From the NCBI GenBank assembly GCA_951406725.2, contig OX597820.1:22506001-22570000 (forward strand): DNA of 64,000 nucleotides, given 5' to 3'. Under the pieces are notes generated by a model. It was not told the origin of the DNA. It did no database searches and saw nothing but the letters and a program-made list of their open reading frames with translations. Positions 13,680-25,823 of this stretch are shown piece after piece. This DNA comes from Octopus vulgaris (taxonomy: Eukaryota). Made by a program: the position numbers and the translations under genes. Within the stretch, counting starts at the first letter, position 1; every line of letters starts with the position of its first letter.

Positions 13680-14245
13680 GATTAAATTTGGAGTTGTGTT
13701 CAGAATTCAGTCATGCTTGAAGAACTTTGTAATCAGGTGTATCTATTTAGGTGTGTCAGCTACAGGTCTTAGGGTTATTTTTTAGGGGCTCGCAAAAGAA
13801 TGTAGATAGCTGAAGAGGTTAGTTGATCAACAGATGTGTAATTAAGTTTAGTTGTTGTTCATTCAACCTTTTGTTTTTGGAATGTAAAGGATTTAGTTTA
13901 GAATTCAGTTCAGCACTTAAACCATTGTAATTTTGTTTATTTAGGTGAGTCAGCTTTTTGGTCATGGAATTTTTTAGGGTCCACAAAAGAATGTAAGTAG
14001 GTGGAAAGATTAGTTGGTCAGCAGATTTCTTTATTTGTTGTTAGTATTATTTAGGAGATTTAAATTGTTTGTTTTGGAGAGGTGGAGGTTATCAGTCAAG
14101 TATGTAAAACTCTTTGACTAGATGTGTTGATTTAGGTGTGTCGATTTAGGTCACAGCATTAGTACAGAAATTTGCTTATCTTGCGCTTTAATGTTCATAA
14201 AAGGATATAGGTAAATATAAAGGTTAATTGGTCAGCAGATTTCTC
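13680..14245. repeat. Three degenerate tandem units of about 190-210 bp
   Basis: Anchors ATTTAGGTG(T/A)GTC near 13745, 13939 and 14130; TT(A/G)GT/ATTG(A/G)TCA(A/G)CAGAT near 13819, 14010 and 14224. Confidence 0.55.
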
Positions 14246-14440
14246 ATTAAGAATAAATTGTTATTTGATTGCTGTTTAGAAAATTTAGTGTTTGTGTTTT
14301 AGGGAAGAAAAGTTTCTGTGCTGTTTTTATAAATATTTTTTTCTCTTCAGTGTAAAGTGGAGGTATTTTGTAATATGTTATTTTAGACCTGTGGATATAA
14401 GTAGTGTGGGGCATTTTAAAAACGTGTGCATATAATATAT

Positions 14441-14766
14441 TTAAAAGACTCCGCCGGTTACGACGACGAGGGTCCCAGCTGATACGATCAACGGAACAGC
14501 TTGCTCGTGAAATTAACGTGCAAATGGCTGAGCATTCCACAGACACGTGTACCCTTAACGTAGTTCTCAGGGATAATCAGCGTGACACAGAGAATGACAA
14601 GGCTGACCCTTTGAAATACAAGTACAACTCATTTTTGCCAGCTGAGTGGACTGGAGCAACGTGAAATAAAGTGTCTTGCTCAAGGACACAACGCGTCGCC
14701 GGGAATCAAACTCACAACCTTACGATCATGAGCCAAATGCCCTAACCACTAAGCCACGCGCCCTCA
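14441..14766 (-). mobile_element. tRNA-derived SINE (family D variant); related copy at 25190-25500
   Basis: TSD CATATAATATAT at 14429-14440 and 14767-14778; tRNA-like head. Confidence 0.85.
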
Positions 14767-15835
14767 CATATAATATATAAAGCCAAGATGAACTCAGGTG
14801 TACCACAATCCAATGATGGCTTAGCAGATTGAAACTTCAAGGTCCCTGTCAATACTATTCTTGTTAATAAATAATAAATATAAATTATAAAAAAATTATT
14901 CAGTAATTCTTTAGTTTAATGTAAAATTGTTTTTATTCTAACTCAACATAAAACAAACATTGGTGTATGTATATGTGTATGTGTGTCTGTGATTGTCCTC
15001 CCCCACCAACAGCGCTTGACAATTCTATCGGCAAAAGAGACCGATAGAATAAGTACTAGGCTTACAAAGAATAAGCCCTGGGGTCGATTTCTTCGACTAA
15101 AGGCAGTGCTCCAGCATGGCCGCAGTCAAATGACTGAAACAAGTAAAAGAGTAAAAAGAGTATACACACACACAAACACACACACACACAAACAGCTACA
15201 AGCTTAGTTGTGTGGTTAAGAAGCACAATTTGCAATCACATGATTTCAGGTGCAGTCACACTGCACAGCACCTTGGGCAAGAGCCGTCTACAATAGTCCG
15301 GAGTTGCCTAATTTGGCTGATGGAAACTGTGTAGAAGCCTATCGTGTGTGTGTGTGTGATCCTGTAACTTAGCCATTCAAGGAAAGACACCAAAATGTAA
15401 GTACTGTGGTTAATTTGCTTGACTAAACACCTCAAAGCAGTACCCCAGAAAGGCTGCAGTCCAATGACTGAAATAAGTAAAAACAAAACAATTTATATAC
15501 ATGCACAGAATATACATACAGATATATATATATATATAAATAAGTAAATATATATACAAACAAATAAATAAATTATATGTATGTGTATGCATACATTCGC
15601 TGCTTTCTTCCAAGGAATCTAGTACTCTTAGCTTAGTTTTTCCTTAGGGCTGGCCAGATTGGAGCAATCTCGAGTATAATCAACCGAAATTGCGAAGATA
15701 ATCTGGTATTCGACTGAAGAAAGAAAACTTCGAATGACCCATCCTTGTTTTCTTTGTATCGTCTATCTGGATGTTTTGTTGTCCCATTTTTGTATCACCT
15801 AACTGTCCGGATGTTTTGGTTCTTGTCCCATTTTG

Positions 15836-15876
<41 letters not shown>

Positions 15877-15979
15877 GAATTAATATAAGCAGCCAGGTGC
15901 AAGGTGATACCATAAAGGAAAAATTCAATCATCACTAAGAGTGCTGAAGCACATTGCTACCTACATGACCATGTCAAGG

Positions 15980-16034
15980 ATCAACCAGACTAGGCCTAGC
16001 TTCGTATATACCGTAGACATCATCAGTGGTGACC
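15980..16034 (-). ncRNA. Type I hammerhead ribozyme motif (GAAG variant)
   Basis: Minus strand GGTCACCA-CTGATGA-tgtctacggtatatac-GAAG-CTAGGCCTAG-TC-TGGTTGAT; palindromic stem III, GUC site. Confidence 0.7.
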
Positions 16035-16035
16035 G

Positions 16036-16074
<39 letters not shown>

Positions 16075-16278
16075 ATAAATTTTAAATAAAAATGTTCTCT
16101 AACCGGTAAATTGGCTGCTGAAATTTATTAACTGCAGAATAATTTCCGGCCTCAGCATGCCAAAGTGAAGGCATTTGAAAGAATACACCCAAAAATAGTT
16201 TGTAGAACTTTATACATGCTCGATTTCAGTTGAGTGTTCTGTATCTAGTTCTGGAAATTGTGTTTTGTAAGTGACAGA

Positions 16279-16352
16279 CTACACTGACGATCTTGCAGAT
16301 ATCTGCATGTTTGCATACGTAGATATTAACAAGTGAAACCAATGGTACATAG
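16279..16352 (+). ncRNA. Type I hammerhead ribozyme motif
   Basis: CTACA-CTGACGA-tCTTG...CAAGt-GAAA-CCAATGG-TA-CATAG; stem I restores to CTACG/CGTAG if CpG decay is reversed. Confidence 0.7.
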
Positions 16353-16995
16353 GTAATCGTTTTTTATTTCGAATATTTTCATTTGTCTTGCTCATTTTTA
16401 CATTTTGGCTTTTTGTGAGATTTTTTTCTTGAGAACTCATTCTTCGTGGTAATGACAATTTGACATCTATGTTTAGCATATAGGGTGTCCACTTTAGGGG
16501 TCAATCCTCTTAATTTCGTATATATATATATATATATATATATGGGTACCTTTTATGTGTAACCAGCACTGGTCACAACGATTTCACTTGGCTTCACATG
16601 TTTTCTCAAGTACAGCAAATCGCCAAATGTCTCAATCACTTGTCATCACCTCCATGAGATGCAACATCCGAAAACCATGCTTTACCACCTCATTCCATGT
16701 TTTCTTGGGTCTACCTCTTCCACAGGTTCTCTCTGCATCATATATATATACTGCCCTCTGTTCTCTCAGCCTTAGATATATAAGGGATTTGATAAACTAG
16801 TCTATAAATTAAAACTGACCCCATAAAAACAAAAAAATCAGTGACAGGCAGAGTCTTCTTGATAATTTTAGTAACTTCTAAGCTGAAGTAGAGACAACAT
16901 GTTCTTTGTCGATCTCCTTAACTTCTTGGAGATTTTAGGTATAATTATACTAATGTGTCCATCTGTTCTAATTTAATTAAATTCTATGTCTTTGC

Positions 16996-17081
16996 GCGGC
17001 TGAAGATTGCTTTGCATTTTAAATTGATGTAATGATTGCATTGTTTAAATTAAATGGAGTTGCATGAAACGACCGTACTGC
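16996..17081 (+). ncRNA. Type I hammerhead ribozyme motif
   Basis: GCGG-CTGAAGA-tTGC...GCAt-GAAA-CGACCG-TA-CTGC, followed by a short tail and (TA)n. Confidence 0.75.
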
Positions 17082-17138
17082 ATTACCTCTGGATATCCTT
17101 GTTGCTTATTTTGATTATATATATATATATATATATAA

Positions 17139-17173
<35 letters not shown>

Positions 17174-17452
17174 GTTCTGACTTACACTTATTGAATCAAC
17201 TATGAAACTTCCATGCGGTTTCTCAACCTGCAAGAAATAGCAGTAACATGTTCCCTACAACCCACCAATCTTCAAAATCTCTTTGAAAAAAATGTAAAGG
17301 ACACATTGCATAATGTAATCCTAGATAGACTACATTCAAAAGAAAGGCTATAATACCTTCCATCACGAAGCTACTGACCTGGGGATAAACCAAGGCAACT
17401 GGACATCTCTCTCTCTCTCTGGTGGATTTTTCACAATTGATTGAATGCAGTC

Positions 17453-17529
17453 AGATTGTAATCACGGATCTTGGGAAATCCACGAGTTAACGTGACGTGT
17501 GATCTTCCCATGAGCCATGATTGCAATCA
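17453..17529 (-). ncRNA. mir-1986: microRNA mir-1986 precursor; mature 3p arm at 17461-17482
   Basis: Minus strand has UGGAUUUCCCAAGAUCCGUGAU, matching the mollusc miR-1986 sequence as I recall it. It pairs with the 5' arm CAUGGCUCAUGGGAAGAUCACA and has basal stem GAUUGCAAUC/GAUUACAAUC. CpGs are retained locally. Confidence 0.88.
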
Positions 17530-17684
17530 GCGTTAGGCTCCAACGTTGGTTTTGCTCTTGTCGGTCATCACTACAAAAATAAAAACAAAAATTTTGAAAG
17601 ATTCACTGGTTTAGGTAGGCGGTTTGTAGCCAAGCTATTATCATAGTTAACCATCAATCCCAGCACAAAAATCCATTCGAATTA

Positions 17685-17935
17685 GACATAATCATCATAA
17701 TCATCATCACCATTCTAATCATTGACATCATCATCATTATCATTGTCATCATTACCATTATCATCATCATCATCACCGTTACCATTGTCGTCATCATTAT
17801 CATCATTATTGCCAAAATCATCATTGTCATAATCATCATCATCATCCTCAACATTATCATTGTTCGTCATCATCAGCATTGCCACCGTCATTGTTGTCGT
17901 GATGATCATCATCACCATCATCATTTTCATGTTTA
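17685..17935. repeat. Degenerate (CAT)n microsatellite
   Basis: Direct reading. Confidence 0.9.
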
Positions 17936-18342
17936 TTATTTTTCTGTGCTGGCATGGATCAGACAAGGCTTGATGACATGGTATTCTTACAGCCAGATGC
18001 CTGTCTACAGATGACGTCAGCTAACAAACGTTTACCCCAGGTTAGGTTTTTGATCAACACTGGTTATCCCAAGTGTTGGATGAATATCCTGTCATGGAGA
18101 CATCAAGGCAACTTTGTATTTGTTTATTAGACGCCTGCTCGAGACTCCAAATGAATAACACTATTGTAGTATGATACAGAATGCTGTGCGTGACTTTTAC
18201 CTGAGAATGTACCTTAAGAATGTAAAATATTTATAAAACAAAGCTATGTAGGCCTATAGGCCAACTTACGACCAGTCAGTTGGAACCAATTGTGATCGTA
18301 GGTCGATAATGACCTGTATATATATATATATATATATATATA

Positions 18343-18923
18343 TGCAAATATAATATGTGACAATTATTTGGTAGCCATGATAAAACTCTGAGTTTCGGAT
18401 GCCGAGGTGGAAACCCTTGCTGCAATCTCTTCAGTTATCCGGCCATTGAAAAAATGCTATCTTACAGTAGGTCTGCTTCGAAGTCTTCCAAGCCTTTGAT
18501 TTTTGGAGGGAATTTCTCAGATTTAATACCATACAATATATTCCCTGTAGTGTCCTTTCCCTTGTTATAAAAGAAAGCTTTCCATCTCATGCACTTAATA
18601 AGGTCTGTAATTTTCTCCAAAAGTTTTTTAGAGTATAGCTCCCTTGATGGTATAGGTATGTTTTTCATAGAATAATTGATGTAGTAGGAGTCGATATTGA
18701 ATTCTTCTATGTGAGCAGAGTCCTCAACCGATTTCTGGTGATTTTCCAAAATAAGCTGACATTTTTTCAATGGCAGTGTGGGTTTCCACCCCGGCATCCG
18801 AAACTCAGAGTTTTATCATGGCTACCGAATAATTCTCACATATTATATTTACAGATAAATTCCTCTATTTACATAATATCGAGGTCTCTTTCATTCTTTT
18901 GTTGTCTTATCATTTCTATCAAT
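18343..18923. mobile_element. Penelope-like element fragment: inverted pLTR copies flanking the ORF N-terminus (18462-~18690, minus)
   Basis: NYSMKNIPIPSRELYSKKLLEKITDLIKCMRWKAFFY...YGIKS..PP.I..LEDFEADL resembles the conserved PLE N-terminal region; inverted repeats at about 18343-18455 and 18761-18855; (TA)n on both sides. Confidence 0.85.
18379..18439 (-). ncRNA. Type I hammerhead ribozyme motif in the PLE pLTR
   Basis: Minus strand GATAA-CTGAAGA-GATtGC...GCATCc-GAAA-CTCAGAG-TT-TTATC; the inverted copy near 18770-18820 has lost CTGAAGA by deletion. Confidence 0.8.
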
Positions 18924-18937
18924 ACATATATACATAC

Positions 18938-19001
<64 letters not shown>

Positions 19002-19118
19002 TTTCTTTAGAAACAGTTCATTGAAATCAATTATGTATATCTAGTGTTTGGAAATATGAGAAAAGAAACTCACATCAGGAGTGGAATATGAGACAATCTC
19101 TGGTGTCTGTTTAGAATT

Positions 19119-19190
19119 GAACTCCTTGGGAAAGAAGTTTGTATAGTCCCAGATGAGGCACGAGTACCCCCATCAACTCACTGCTGGTTC
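19119..19190 (-). ncRNA. mir-1990-like degenerate hairpin
   Basis: Minus strand 5' arm AGUGAGUUGAUGGGGGUACUCG and 3' arm UGGGACUAUACAAACUUCUUUC each resemble recalled mollusc miR-1990 arms (AGUAAGUUGAUGGGGUCCC.. and CGGGACUACGUCAACUU..); pairing is imperfect. Confidence 0.55.
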
Positions 19191-19827
19191 ATCTTATCAT
19201 ATTGACAGCAACTCTTGTAAAAGGTGATTATTGTTCTGTTCTGAAACAAAGGGAAAAAATGGTTATGTGAGGGAGAAAGAGGAAAGAAAGAGGAAAGAAA
19301 GAAAAAAGAAGACTGAGAAAGAGGGAGAGAGGGCAAAAGGGAAAGATAGAGAAATGGAACAATTCTATAAGATGGAACTAGCACTCTTTTACTCTTTTAC
19401 TTGTTTCAGTCATTTGACTGTGGTCATGCTGGAGCACCGCCTTTAGTCAAGCAAATCGACCCCAGGACTTATTCTTTGTAAGCTTAGCACTCATTCTATC
19501 GGTCTCTTTTGCCAAACCGCTAAGTTACGGGGACGTAAACACACCAGCATCAGTTGTCAAGTGATGTTAGGGGGACAAACACAGACATACAAACATATAC
19601 ACACACATACATATATATGCATATATACGACAGGTTTCTTTCAGTTTCTGTCTACCAAATCCACTCACAAGGCTTTGGTTGACCCGAGGCTATAGTAGAA
19701 GACACTTGCTCAAGGTGCCACACATTGGGACTGAACCTGGAACCATGTGGTTGGTAAGCAAGCTACTTACCACACAGCTACTCCTACACCTATGTACTGT
19801 GAGGCATTTTATGCTAGTGCACTTAAT

Positions 19828-20119
19828 CAGCAGTACCCCAACTTTTTGGGGCTGCTGCCCCCTTGACACCCAGGCCACATTCTTAATGCCCTAACCCCAA
19901 CTAACAACCACAAACACAGACCTCTTTCTGAAGCAAATTCAAAGCAACTGCATTTCACAAATGAAACTTAACCTCATGAACCCATTATTTTGTTGAGGGA
20001 AATCACTACCCCATTATCGCCCCACTTTTTACATGAATTGCTACCCCATTTTCACCCCACTTTTCTTCAACTTTCCACCGCCCCCAAGGGGACAATTCCA
20101 TCCACTTTGGGAACCACTG
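19828..20119. mobile_element. hAT-type MITE
   Basis: Ends CAGCAGTACCCCAA / TTGGGAACCACTG; 8-bp TSD-like CACTTAAT / TGCTTAAT. Confidence 0.65.
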
Positions 20120-20706
20120 TGCTTAATGATCAGTAGCTCCAAGAACCAGAAGCCATTATAGAAGTGATAGGAAAGACAAAGACCGGAGACAAAACACCTG
20201 GGTGCCAGAGGCTGGAATGTATCCATTGGTGATTGAGTGTTAATTAGTCAGGTGGTTCTTCTCAGGAATGTGTGTATGGATGTTTGGACAAGTTGCGCGT
20301 GCAAATGTGCAAATGATGCATTTGTCATGTAATATATTTTTAGTTTCCAATTTTCATATTTGAATCACTGCTATTTCTGTTAGCTCGCTGCCTAATCAGA
20401 AATATAATTTTGAAATGTTCAAGGTGTTATAAGGAAGATCTGACCAAAGACTTTGCAATTCAAAAAAGTAGGAGAAAACTTTCCAAATACAAATAAAATG
20501 GAAGCATACAACAATAAACATTATTTTCCATCTTACTGTTAGTCTTTGTTTCATTTTGAAAAATAAAAATTTCTTTTATGGTTTATCATTGTTTATATTT
20601 TGAATTACATATACAAGGGGGCACCAAAATCTTTTAACTGTTTAGGGCCTCAATGGGTCTTAATCCAACCCTGTATCTGAGACAGGTAAGCTTGCTGGTC
20701 ACTTAA

Positions 20707-20927
20707 CCTTTTTGTTACCGACCTGGCTGAAACTGGCTCTAGCTCTGTAATACAAATGTCTTGTTTTCATAAGCTTTGATTTAAAATCTTCCACCAAAAC
20801 TTAGTCACAATTAATGTTCCTAACACTAGCTTAATGACAACTAAGTTATTTTACTAAATTCTTTGTTATATCAAAAATAATTGAGAGAAACACAGAGCAT
20901 CTCAAAATAAGTACAGCAACGAAAGAG
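20707..20927. mobile_element. piggyBac-type MITE; inverted copy at 59313-59532
   Basis: TTAA on both flanks; short TIR CCTTTTTGTTAC / GCAACGAAAGAG; homologous copy elsewhere. Confidence 0.7.
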
Positions 20928-23613
20928 TTAATAGTAGTTGGCTGTTTATTGTTGCTGTCATTTTGATGTGATAATAAAAGCAGTGAGAGAAGAAGACCTT
21001 GTCAGTTGGGTCATTGTAGTGAAGTAGTGAAAGTAATAACCCTTCTGTGTTGAAGAAGGGAGATACCCAGGCCAACTGGCCTGGTTATAAAATATAGTTT
21101 TCTTAGTGGATGTGTCTCTAGAATAAAGTAGGACACAAACTGTCAAGAATGAACTCTCTGCATTTGCTTATATTACAGAGTTAAGTGACTGATTTAATAA
21201 GACGAGGTCATGGAAAGACAAGTAGAACTTTAAGAAACAAATTTTCTGACTCCTTTGAAGATAAAAAATTTATAGGTGCAGGAGTGGCTGTGTGGTAAGA
21301 AGCTTGCTTCCCAACCACATGGTTCCAGGTTCAGTCCCACTGCGTGGCACTTTGGGCAAATGTCTTCTACTATAGCCTCAGGCTGAGCAAAGCCTTGTAA
21401 GTGGATTTGGTAGACGGAAACTGAAAGAAGCTTGTCATGTGTGTATATATATGTGTGTGTATGTGGAGGCCCAATGGCCCAGTGGTTAGGGCAGCGAACT
21501 CGCGGTCGTATGATCGCGGTTTCAATCCCCAGACCGGGCATTGTGAGTGTTTATTGAGCAAAAACACCTAAAGCTCCATGAGGATCTGGCAGGAGGTGAT
21601 GGCAATCCCAGCTGTACTCTTTTGCTACAACTTTCTCTCACTCTTTCTTCTGTTGGCATTCTCGCTTAGCCAGCAGGGTGGTGTCATTTGAAGGCTAAAA
21701 CAATGTGAAGCGGATTGTGACCAGCGATGTGTAGCAACATCTGAAAGCCTGGTCGGTCATGGTGATCACGGTGATATGTGCGCGTATATGTATATATATG
21801 TATATATGTATGTATTTCTGTATTTGTGTTTGTCCCCACCCATCATCACTTGATGACTGATGTTGGCGTGTTTATGACTCTGTAACTTAGTGGTTTGGCA
21901 AAAGAGACCGATAGAATAATTACTAGGCTTACAAAGAATAAGTCCTGGGGTTGATTTGTTCGACTAAAAGCAGGTGCTCCAGAATGAGTGAAATAAGTAA
22001 AAAGAAAATACAAAAAGAAAACAACAACAAGGCAAGAAGACTGAAATCTAACAGAAGATAATCGAAAGGTTTAGTGTTCAACTCTTGGCAAAATCTCCAA
22101 TTAGAAATTTTTAGTTCTTGGGTAACTCAAATGGGGTTTAATAATATAATTGTGATCTTTCAATGTGGTTGAGCGATCAATTCCAAACAGTCAGAATTCA
22201 CAGTAAGGATTGTACTGTACATTCTTTTGATCACTGAATACAAATTGTGGCTCATGTGGCCTCCATTCAGGTGATTTTCCTGGAGTCACCATCTCACCTT
22301 TGTGCGTGTCAGTTTGTCACAAAGTTACTTATTTACAGCTGAGTGGACTGGTGTAACATGAACTGAAGTATTTTGCTCAAGAACACAATGTGCAGCTGGT
22401 CTGGGAATTGAAATCACGATCTCACAATCATGACTGCAACACCCCTGGTCCATGCGCCTTCACTATATAATTGTAACACAGTGAACTAACTAAAGCCTTG
22501 TGAGTAGATTTGGTAGAGGGAAACTCAATGAAGCTTGTATGTATATCATCATCATCATCATCTTTATCATCATCTTCATCATTATTGTTTAACGTCCCTT
22601 TTTTCCATGTTGGCATGGGTTGGATGGTTTGACAAGAACAGACAAGCCACAGAGTTCCATCAGGCTCTATGTGTCTGTTCCGGCATTGTTTTTACAGCTG
22701 GATGTCCTTCCTAACACCTAACCACTCAACAGAGTGTACTGGGTGATTTCTACATGACATAAGCACCAGTGGGGTTGCCAAGTGCCCAAAAGATAAGACC
22801 CCTTAACTAAGCAGCATATAGACAGGAAGAACAAGCAACGGTGGTAGAGGAAGAGGATCAGGTGTCTTACTGAAGAGGTGACTACACACACACACACAAG
22901 TGCACACACACGAACGTGCATGCACACACACACTTATAGATATATCATCTTCATTTAAAGTCCATTTTCTATATTGACATGATAATTGTAAATGAGTGTT
23001 ACTCTTAATACAAGCAGTGTATGTATATTTCCAATATCCTGCAAAAACATGTCTGGCCATGAAGAAACGGGTAATGGTTGGTGACAGCAAGGGCATCCAG
23101 CCATAGAAAATCTACCTCAATAAACTTCATCTGACCCATGCAAGCATGGAAAAGTAGATGTTAAAACAATGGTAGTGGTAGTGGTGGCGGTGGTCATCGT
23201 CATCATCGTGGTGGCAGCGGTGGTGGTTTTGGTGCAGTCTTCAGATATATATACCACATTTTTAGAAATGCTTCTTCAAGTTGAGGGTTTGAAGAGTATA
23301 GGTTTTGTGAACATTGTAAATACGAATATGAAGTTGTTTTTTGACAATAATTTAATCATTTAGTATCGAGACTTTAATATATTCTTTCTTCAAGTAAAAA
23401 ACTAATACTAACTAAAAATACTCTAAATGAATCAAATGAGATTATTAGATAATGGTGAGTAAAACTGGAAAGAATTATTATTCCCAAGATGTTTCTGGAA
23501 ATAACGAAGATGATGGTTTTTGATAAAATTCTTTACGTATTCCTGGCTTTCACTAGTTTTGGCAAGAAACAATTAGTCATTGTAGCTATTAACCACTTCC
23601 ATTTATATATATA

Positions 23614-23664
<51 letters not shown>

Positions 23665-25792
23665 CATCATCGTTTAATGTCCGCTTTCCATGCTAGCATG
23701 GGTTGGACGATTTGACTGAGGGCTGGCGAACCAGATGACTGCACCAGGCTCCAATCTGATCTGGCAGAGTTTCTACAGCTGGATGTCCTTCTTAATGCCA
23801 GTTATTTTTGACAAAGCCATGGAAGAATGCAGCTCTTCTAGGAGAAAGATGCTCAGATATAAAACTTGCAGCCAAACTAGTACCAGTTATCTTGCGATAA
23901 TTGTCATTGGAACCTAATATAGCAACCAAGAGAATGACAACAGTGTTGTACAAGCTTTGGTTACTTAAATCTAATGACATACAGATGTATCACAGTCATT
24001 TCATTTCCTGGTCCATTTGTATTTTAATAAAGCCCTATGGTGATGGATGTATGATGGGAAAAGGCATATCCTCGCACATGCAGGGATGAAAATAAATCAG
24101 AACAAAGAAAATTAATGTTAGACAGTTATTATCTGGAAAGATGAAGCTATCACTATATATGTAACATCATCATCATCGTTTAACGTCCGTTTTCCATGCT
24201 AACATTGGTTGGACGGTTCAACCAGGGCCTTGTAAGCCAGGAGGCTGCACCAGGCTCCAGTCTGATCTGGCAGTGTTTCTACAGCTGGATGCCTTTCCTA
24301 ACATCAACCACTCCGTGAGTGTGGCGGGTGCTTTTTATGTGCCACTGGCACAGGTGCCAGGGGAGGCTGGCAACGGCTACGATCGGTTGGGGATTTTTTA
24401 TGTGCCACCGGCACAGAAGCCAGTCAAGGGAGCGCTGGCATCGGCCATGTTTGGATGGTGCTTTTTACGTGCCATGGGCACAGGTATCACAACTACAATT
24501 TCCATTTGATTTTTATTTTGATATTGATATACTTGACTCAATAGGTCTCCTCAAGCACAGCAGGTTGTCCTACGATCCAAGGTAAGCACAGCAGGCTATC
24601 TTGTGATCCAAGGTACATATGTACATATGTATGTATGCCTGAGTGTATGTATGTATGTATAAATTCATGTATTTATGTAAGTATGTATTCTCTGTTTTTA
24701 AATTTAGAGTGAATTTTGACCAGCCATCTACTTGGTAGCAAGGGTGTGAAGGAAAGCATCTAGTTTTGCTCATCATCCTTCAAATCTTAAGAAGGTCTTG
24801 CAGATCTTTCTAGTCCCAGATATAATGATCATTTGTAGGGTATGAATCAAGGATTTGCATTCTCTCCCCAAGAACATCTATGTATGTATATATGTATGTA
24901 TGTATACTGTGGAGGCACATGGCTTAGTGGTTAGGGTGTCAGCATCATGATCATAAGATTGTGGTTTCGATTCCTGGACCGGGTGACACATTGTGTTCTG
25001 GAGCAAAACACTTTATTTCATGTTGCTCCAGTCCACTCAGATGGCAAAAATGAATAACGCTGCGACGGACTGGCGTCCCGTCCAGCTGGGGAACACATAC
25101 GCCATTGAAACCGGGAAGCCGGGCCCATGAGCCTGGCTAGGCTTTGAAAGGGCGCATCTATTTTTATTATTATGTATGTATACTGGTACCCCATCGGTTA
25201 TGATGAGGGTTCCAGTTGATCTGATCAATGGAACAGCCTGCTCATGAAATTAATGTGCATGTGGCTGAGTACTCCACAGACATGTGTACCCTTCATGTAG
25301 TTCTCAGGTAGATTCAGATTGACGCAGAATATAACAAGGCTGGCCCTTTGGGATACAGGTACTACTCATTTTTGACAGCTGAGTGGACTGGAGCAACATG
25401 AAATAAAGTGTCTTGCTCAAGGACACAACGAGTCGCTGGGAAGTGAGCTCACGACCTTACAATCGTGAGCCGAATACCCTAACCATTAAGCCACACACTT
25501 TCGCTATGTATGTATATGACCAAAGCTTGGCCAAATGGTTAAGAAGTTTGTTTCACAATCACATCATGGGTTCAATCCCAATGTATGTCACTATGAAGAA
25601 ATGAAGACTCATTGTTCAAACAAATGGAGAATTAGTTTGTGTGTGTGTATGTGTGTGTGTGTGTGTGTTTGCATGTGAGTTTGTGACTGTGTTTGTGTGT
25701 GTGTGTGCCTTTGTGTATTTCTGTATGTGCATTAGGTTGTGTGCATGTGTGTGTATGTGTGCATCTGTGGATTTTTTGAGTGTGTTTGTATG

Positions 25793-25823
<31 letters not shown>

